From assembly GCF_000709555.1 (NCBI RefSeq), contig NZ_CP006873.1, positions 1 through 32,000 on the forward strand: a stretch of 32,000 nt of DNA, written 5' to 3'. The notes under the pieces are model-generated. The model made no database searches. It was not told where the DNA came from and saw nothing but the letters and a program-made list of their open reading frames with translations. Below are positions 27,191 through 32,000 of this stretch, piece by piece; position 1 is the first letter of the stretch; every line of letters begins with the position of its first letter. The DNA comes from Candidatus Saccharimonadota bacterium (GTDB lineage: Bacteria; Bacteroidota; Bacteroidia; Flavobacteriales; Blattabacteriaceae). Made by a program: the position numbers and the translations under genes.

Positions 27191-28765
27191 TTATTTTAAA
27201 TATTCCATTGGGAATTCAACTATACCACGGGGTTCTATTTTAACAATGCGATTGCAAACAGTTTGAATTAATTCTTGATCTTTTGAAGTAATCAAAATAG
27301 TACCTTTAAAACTTTTTAAAGAATTGTTAAGCGAGGTTATAGACTCAAGATCTAAATGGTTGGTAGGTTCATAAAACATCAAGACATTAGCTTTAAGTAG
27401 CATCATTTTAGAAAACATGCAACGCATCTTCTCACCTCCTGAAAGAACATGGGTTTTTTTTAGTGTTTCATCTCCGCTGAAAAGCATTTTTCCTAAAAAT
27501 CCTCGGATATATTCCTCACAATTTTCTTCTTCCTTTTCTACATATTGTCGAAGCCAGTCAATCATATTAAGATTATTTTGAAAAAATTCTTCGTAACTAC
27601 TAGGAAGATATGCTTGTTTTGTGGTAATTCCCCATGAAAAATTTCCACTTTCAGGACGAAGTTTTCCTGCGAGGGTTTTATAAAGAATAGATGGAGCTTT
27701 GCTATTATCCGAAAGAATAGCAATTTTATCTCCACGATTCACCTTTACTGATAGGTTTTGAAAAATAATATTCCCTTCAAAAGATTGAGAGAGATTTTTT
27801 ATCTCTAATATTTTATTTCCAGCTTCACGTTCTTGTTCAAAAATGATAGCAGGATATTTTCTTGATGAAGGTTTAATTTCATTGAAATTGAGTTTATCTA
27901 GCATTTTCTTTCGTGCAGTTGCTTGTCTAGCTTTAGCTACATTCGAACTGAATCTTTGGATAAATTCTTGTAATTCTTTACGTTTTTCTTCAGTTTTTTT
28001 ATTATGTTGCATTTGTTGTTGAATAGCAAGCTGACTCGCTTGATACCAAAATGTATAATTTCCAGTAAATAACTTAATTTGGCCAAAATCCAAATCGCAA
28101 ATATGAGTACATACTGAATCTAGAAAGTGACGATCATGAGAAACTACAATAACAGTATTTTCATAGTTAGACAAAAAATCTTCGAACCAATTAATAGTAT
28201 CAACATCAAGATCGTTAGTAGGTTCATCCAATATTAGAATATCAGGATTCCCAAAAATAGCTTGAGCCAATAAGACACGGACTTTATCTTTTCCATTAAG
28301 ATGTTTTACTTTTTTAAGATGTTCTTCTTCTTTGACACCTAAGCTGGAGAGTAAATTAGCGGCATCGGATTCTGTGTTCCATCCTCCCATTTCCTCGTAT
28401 AACAATCCTAATTCTCCTGCTTTAATTCCATCTTTTTCGGAAAAATTATCTTTCTTATAAAGAAAATCCATTTCCTGTTTAATGTCATAAAGTTTTTTAT
28501 TACCTATGATCACTGTTTCTAGGACTGTGTAATTATCAAAAACGGAGTGGTCTTGTTTCAATACCGACAACCGTTTTCCAGGTTCAATGTGAATTTTTCC
28601 GGAGGTGTAATCTTGTTCACCAGAAAGAATTTTTAAAAAAGTAGATTTTCCTGCACCATTTGCTCCTATAATTCCATAGCAATTTCCTTTAGTAAATTTA
28701 ATATTTACCTCTTCAAAAAGGATTTTGTTTCCAAATTGTAAAGAAAGATTTGATACTGTAAGCAT
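27191..28765 (-). CDS. ABC-F family ATPase (YbiT-like) with a degenerate second nucleotide-binding domain
   Basis: The start is placed at Met54 of the track ORF (ATG 28765, MLTVSNLSLQFG), which matches the conserved ABC-F N-terminus. The upstream extension overlaps smpB. NBD1 is canonical: GANGAGKST, ILILDEPTNDLD, VSHDRHF. The inter-domain linker is basic. NBD2 keeps LSGGEKMR but shows SDNSKAPS in place of Walker A, LMFYEP in place of Walker B, and TSKDQE in place of the H-loop. Confidence 0.88.
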   Translation of the reverse strand: MLTVSNLSLQFGNKILFEEVNIKFTKGNCYGIIGANGAGKSTFLKILSGEQDYTSGKIHIEPGKRLSVLKQDHSVFDNYTVLETVIIGNKKLYDIKQEMDFLYKKDNFSEKDGIKAGELGLLYEEMGGWNTESDAANLLSSLGVKEEEHLKKVKHLNGKDKVRVLLAQAIFGNPDILILDEPTNDLDVDTINWFEDFLSNYENTVIVVSHDRHFLDSVCTHICDLDFGQIKLFTGNYTFWYQASQLAIQQQMQHNKKTEEKRKELQEFIQRFSSNVAKARQATARKKMLDKLNFNEIKPSSRKYPAIIFEQEREAGNKILEIKNLSQSFEGNIIFQNLSVKVNRGDKIAILSDNSKAPSILYKTLAGKLRPESGNFSWGITTKQAYLPSSYEEFFQNNLNMIDWLRQYVEKEEENCEEYIRGFLGKMLFSGDETLKKTHVLSGGEKMRCMFSKMMLLKANVLMFYEPTNHLDLESITSLNNSLKSFKGTILITSKDQELIQTVCNRIVKIEPRGIVEFPMEYLK

Positions 28766-28824
28766 TACTAAACAAGGATTTTTTTTATAAAAGCTGTTTA
28801 CAAAGTTATTGAATAAATTTTGTG

Positions 28825-29271
28825 ATGAAAACAAAAATTGAAAATAGAAAATATCGGGTTGAATACGAGATTTTAGATGAATATACGTCTGGAATACAGT
28901 TATTAGGAACAGAAATAAAATCAATTAGACGGAATAATGTTTCTATTTCTGAGAGTTTCTGTCAAATGAAAAATAAAGAGCTTTACGTTATAAATATGTA
29001 TATTTCAAAATACGAATGGGGCACACATATTAATCATGATGTTAGAAGAGAGAGAAAGCTTCTCTTAAAGAGATCAGAGTTAAAAAAACTTGAACGGAAA
29101 CTAAAGGAGTCTAATTTAACTATAATACCTAAAAGACTTTTTATCAACGATAAAGGACGTGCTAAGCTTAAAATTTGTTTAGCAAAAGGAAGAAAATATT
29201 ATGATAAACGCAATATTATCATGAAAAGAGAAATGGGGAGACGGAGGGCTATTGCTTTAAAATATAGATGA
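28825..29271 (+). CDS. smpB: SsrA-binding protein SmpB
   Basis: About 148 aa (ATG 28825, with a GTG one codon upstream). Typical SmpB blocks are YEILDEYTSGIQLLGTEIKSIR and the basic C-terminal tail KGRKYYDKRNIIMKREMGRR. Confidence 0.92.
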   Translation: MKTKIENRKYRVEYEILDEYTSGIQLLGTEIKSIRRNNVSISESFCQMKNKELYVINMYISKYEWGTHINHDVRRERKLLLKRSELKKLERKLKESNLTIIPKRLFINDKGRAKLKICLAKGRKYYDKRNIIMKREMGRRRAIALKYR

Positions 29272-29277
29272 TCTTAT

Positions 29278-30132
29278 TCAATTTGAAAATATTATAGAGG
29301 TATATATACTTATTTCATACAGTAAAATTAAAGGTATGGTAGCAATAAACATGCTTATTATATCTGAAGGAGTGATAGCAGATGCTATCACTAGCATAAT
29401 TAAAAAAGCGTGTTTTCTGTATGTTTTCAAAAATGTTGGAGTAATTAGACCGATTTGGGTTAAAAAAAATACCAATAATGGAAATAAAAAAATACATCCC
29501 ATAAAAAAAGTAGTATCTATTACAATAGAAATATAATTTGACATATCAAAAATGTTTTCAGGTAAATAACTTAGACGAAAGCTATGGCTAAATTGTATAG
29601 TAAGAGGACACAAAATAAAATAGCCAAAAAGAATACCACATAAAAATAAAACTAAAGCAGACAATATAATTCCTTGAGAATAATTTCTTTCTTGTTCCGA
29701 AAGTCCAGGACGGATAAAACTCCAAATTTCATAAAAAATATAAGGAAGAGCTAGGATGATTCCCCCGATAAAACTTACCCATAAATAAGTATTAAATTGT
29801 CCTAAAAGTTTAGTGTTTTGGATCTGGAGATTCAGAGATAAAATCATTGGATTATTTTTATGAATAACCCGGACAATTTTATTGAATAGACGATAACTAA
29901 TAAAATTAGCTCTAGCTGGAGCAAATAAAATATAATCAAAAACAATTTTTTTGTTTATTATAACCAAAGCAAAACCAACAATGATGCTTAGTAAAGCTCT
30001 AAAAACATGTTTTCGTAATTCTTCAAGATGTTCCATAAATGGCATCTTTTCGTTAGAAGAAAAATATTCCATGAGACGGTCAGTTGGGAGAATTATTTCC
30101 GGAGTGGGCTTTAGAACTGGATTAGGGTACAT
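29278..30132 (-). CDS. tatC: Twin-arginine translocase subunit TatC
   Basis: The 284 aa ORF is polytopic. The conserved TatC N-terminal motif MPFMEHLEELRKHVFRAL is followed by six predicted hydrophobic segments. The true start may be an internal Met (MEYFSS... or MPFMEHL...). Confidence 0.85.
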   Translation of the reverse strand: MYPNPVLKPTPEIILPTDRLMEYFSSNEKMPFMEHLEELRKHVFRALLSIIVGFALVIINKKIVFDYILFAPARANFISYRLFNKIVRVIHKNNPMILSLNLQIQNTKLLGQFNTYLWVSFIGGIILALPYIFYEIWSFIRPGLSEQERNYSQGIILSALVLFLCGILFGYFILCPLTIQFSHSFRLSYLPENIFDMSNYISIVIDTTFFMGCIFLFPLLVFFLTQIGLITPTFLKTYRKHAFLIMLVIASAITPSDIISMFIATIPLILLYEISIYTSIIFSN

Positions 30133-30187
30133 TAAATAAAAAAAAGACGGCGTTTGGAAGTCTTCAATACCTTCACCTACCTACTTT

Positions 30188-30263
30188 TTATAATCGACAA
30201 AGGAATTTTGGATCTATAAATGGCTGTCTTAAGAGTAGCCTGCTACTAGGAGACCCCCGGATT
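30188..30263 (-). pseudogene. ftsY: Possible extreme 3' remnant of the SRP receptor gene ftsY
   Basis: The minus-strand frame ending at the stop 30188-30190 reads IRGSPSSRLLLRQPFIDPKFLCRL*. This resembles the FtsY C-terminus GxPIxFIGVGExxxDLxPFxxxxFxxxL. ftsY is the usual neighbour downstream of rpmB-rpmG-DUF4295 in Bacteroidota. Only about 25 codons remain, so this is weak. Confidence 0.35.
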
Positions 30264-30289
30264 GACATTCATTGACTTTTGTAACCCTC

Positions 30290-30448
30290 TCATTTAGTGG
30301 AAAAAAAATCATTTATTTTATTATCTGGAACTATTTTTTCTTCAAAAACATAAGTTCTTGATTTGATTGACTTTATCATACGTATAACTTTTGTCATTTT
30401 TTTAGATCCATTATTTTGGAACCCCGGGGGTTTTTTTGTTTTTGCCAT
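30290..30448 (-). CDS. DUF4295-family small basic protein; 52 aa, absent from the ORF track
   Basis: Codon-by-codon translation gives MAKTKKPPGFQNNGSKKMTKVIRMIKSIKSRTYVFEEKIVPDNKINDFFSTK*. It starts 1 nt after the rpmG stop. It matches the pattern of the Bacteroidota-specific DUF4295 protein (MAKK...K..KVIKMVKS.K.G.Y.F.E..V..DKV.DF) that follows rpmG. Confidence 0.75.
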   Translation of the reverse strand: MAKTKKPPGFQNNGSKKMTKVIRMIKSIKSRTYVFEEKIVPDNKINDFFSTK

Positions 30449-30449
30449 T

Positions 30450-30632
30450 TTATTTAATTTCTTTATGAATAGTGTATTTTCTTAGAATAGAGTTATATTT
30501 TCTTAATTCTATTCTATTAGGCGTATTTTTTTTATTTTTGGTACTAAAATAACGAGATATCCCTTTTTTTCCACTTTTCTTATGTTCAGTACACTCCAGA
30601 ATTATTTGTATTCTATTTCCTTTTTTTCCCAT
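30450..30632 (-). CDS. rpmG: 50S ribosomal protein L33
   Basis: 60 aa basic ORF. It starts [21 protein letters not shown] and contains [20 protein letters not shown], the typical L33 pattern. Confidence 0.92.
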   Translation of the reverse strand: MGKKGNRIQIILECTEHKKSGKKGISRYFSTKNKKNTPNRIELRKYNSILRKYTIHKEIK

Positions 30633-30640
30633 TTTTGATT

Positions 30641-30877
30641 TTATTTTATTAGTCTTTTTTTCCTCGAACGTTTCAGTGCCTCTTCAATTCCTATAGTATT
30701 CACAGTTCTAATTCCAGCTGCAGAGATTTTTAACAAAATCCATCTATTTTCTTTAGGAAGAAAGAATCTTTTTTTTATCAGATTAATATTAAAACGACGT
30801 TTAATTTTATTATTAGCATGAGAAACTTTGTTCCCTATTAGAACTTTTTTCCCGGTTATTTGACAAATTTTTGACAT
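30641..30877 (-). CDS. rpmB: 50S ribosomal protein L28
   Basis: 78 aa [36 protein letters not shown] is the canonical L28 N-terminus. It lies immediately upstream of rpmG. Confidence 0.92.
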   Translation of the reverse strand: MSKICQITGKKVLIGNKVSHANNKIKRRFNINLIKKRFFLPKENRWILLKISAAGIRTVNTIGIEEALKRSRKKRLIK

Positions 30878-30948
30878 TTGAAAGAGGTTTTTTATTTCGG
30901 ATTATTTAAATAACAGCTGCATAAGCTTTTTAATGAATAAATTCCATT

Positions 30949-32000
30949 ATGCAAGATCAAAAAATAGATTATTATTTACTTATAGGGACTATAATTTCAA
31001 TCTTAATAGTCTTTTTTTGTTTAAAAAAGCCTTTCAATGAAATTGGGTCGAAAAATATACAGTTATCAAATAATATTAATAAAACTATTTTATTCTCTCC
31101 CAAGAAATATGGGGAAACGATTTTAGAAAATGATCTTATTAGGGTAAAAATATCTAATCTTGGTGGGAATATTAGTGAGATCTTTCTAAAGAAGTATAAG
31201 ACTTATAACGATAAAATCTTACGTTTAGTAAAGACGAAAAGTTTCACTTTTGGTCTAAATCTTATAACTCTTTCGGGAAAAAAAGTTGATAGTAATGATT
31301 GGTTATTTACCCCTAATCTGCAAGAAACTCCCTATCAATACATCTTAACTATGAAAACAATTTTTCCTCCCGGAGGTGAATTAAATTATATTTATTCATT
31401 ACCGAAAGAAAAATCATATGAGGTAAATTTTTCCATTACTAGTCGAGGTCTTTGTTCTTTCGCAATAAATAATGCTATTTTTTTTAATTGTAAACAGAAA
31501 TTAATTGGGTTGGAAAAAAATTACAGTTATGAAAATAATTATGCACAAATGTGTTATTCTTATGGAAAGAATAAAAAAATAAAATCTTTAAGTGAAATAA
31601 GACCAGATCAAAATATAGTAAAAAAAATAAATTGGATAGCTAATAAACAACAATTTTTTACAACTATATTTTTTCCTAAAAATACTTTTCAAACAACGAA
31701 AATTCAATCAAAAAGACTTACATCACCATTTTATATTAAATGGGGTTCTATGTTTTCTCCATTAGAATTAGTTGATAATGAACTTAATTGGAAGGCAAAG
31801 TGGGATTTTGTTCCATTAAAGTATAATCTTCTTAAGAAGTATGGGGATAATTTTGAAGATATTATCCCATTTGGGTGGAGGATTTTTAGATCTATTAATA
31901 AAAACTTTTTTTTAAAACTTTTACAATTTTTAGAAAAAACAAAGTTGAATTATGGAGTAATTATTATATTAATGACTATTATAGTCAAACTTATATTATT
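30949..32000 (+). CDS. yidC: Membrane protein insertase YidC (5' part; continues beyond the window)
   Basis: The frame is open from ATG 30949 to the window end (350 codons). It is missing from the ORF track because no stop is reached. It has an N-terminal transmembrane helix, then a periplasmic domain (ENDLIRVKISNLGGNISEIFLKKY, NWIANKQQFFTTIFF). It ends in the conserved start of the insertase core, NYGVIIILMTIIVKLIL. Confidence 0.85.
   Translation, partial: MQDQKIDYYLLIGTIISILIVFFCLKKPFNEIGSKNIQLSNNINKTILFSPKKYGETILENDLIRVKISNLGGNISEIFLKKYKTYNDKILRLVKTKSFTFGLNLITLSGKKVDSNDWLFTPNLQETPYQYILTMKTIFPPGGELNYIYSLPKEKSYEVNFSITSRGLCSFAINNAIFFNCKQKLIGLEKNYSYENNYAQMCYSYGKNKKIKSLSEIRPDQNIVKKINWIANKQQFFTTIFFPKNTFQTTKIQSKRLTSPFYIKWGSMFSPLELVDNELNWKAKWDFVPLKYNLLKKYGDNFEDIIPFGWRIFRSINKNFFLKLLQFLEKTKLNYGVIIILMTIIVKLIL

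Noticed and set aside
28766-28924. 53-codon N-terminal extension of the ABC-F ORF (MILFLFLITVFQTYIHL...)
   Set aside because: The extension is hydrophobic, unconserved and overlaps the divergent smpB coding start. The conserved ABC-F N-terminus MLTVSNLSLQFG begins at the internal ATG at 28765.
1-32000. Looked for a novel defence, toxin-antitoxin, secretion or mobile system (transposase, integrase, cas, restriction, retron or phage genes, long inverted or direct repeats)
   Set aside because: Every ORF over 60 aa, and every long ORF-free gap except the 343 bp one at 2302-2645 (which carries only the weak recJ-like remnant, confidence 0.5), is accounted for by a housekeeping gene, a structural RNA or a recognisable pseudogene. 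Nothing resembles such a system.

Overview
The window is AT-rich, gene-dense and has no mobile elements. It looks like the reduced genome of a flavobacterial (Bacteroidota) obligate insect endosymbiont of the Blattabacterium / Walczuchella / Uzinura / Sulcia type. That lineage assignment is an inference from gene content and Bacteroidota-specific architectures: a fused ccoN-ccoO, a type-2 IleRS, and an rpmB-rpmG-DUF4295 cluster. Stop-codon usage is standard (code 11).

Intact content is housekeeping:
- Translation and RNA modification: mnmG, ybeY, tsaB, ileS, glnS, der, hflX, rplY, rpmB, rpmG, smpB, a YbiT-like ABC-F, and tRNA-Cys, tRNA-Asn and tRNA-Pro.
- Non-coding RNAs: tmRNA and RNase P RNA.
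- Metabolism and respiration: prs, a split 2-oxoglutarate:ferredoxin oxidoreductase (korB and korA), and a cbb3 oxidase cluster (ccoI-ccoS-ccoNO-ccoQ-ccoP-fixH).
- Membrane biogenesis: tatC and yidC (3' end off-window).
- Three conserved small ORFs under 60 aa are missing from the ORF track and are called here: ccoS, ccoQ and DUF4295.

I found no CRISPR array, transposon, phage, toxin-antitoxin or defence system. The interest lies in ongoing genome erosion:
- All long ORF-free stretches translate, across frameshifts and stops, into recognisable gene remnants. rnr, malic enzyme and ligA are well supported. recJ, pth and ftsY are short and weaker.
- An apparently intact rnpB sits exactly between two adjacent motifs of the decayed ligA.
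- There are three independent slippage-type repeats: a perfect 21 bp x4 in-frame repeat in hflX, an 18 bp duplication carrying the prs start codon, and a GAAA/GAAT microsatellite.
- The ABC-F protein has lost all catalytic motifs of its second ATPase domain.
- korA and korB are separated in a way that a single inversion would explain.

All homology statements come from by-eye translation and remembered family motifs, not from searches.
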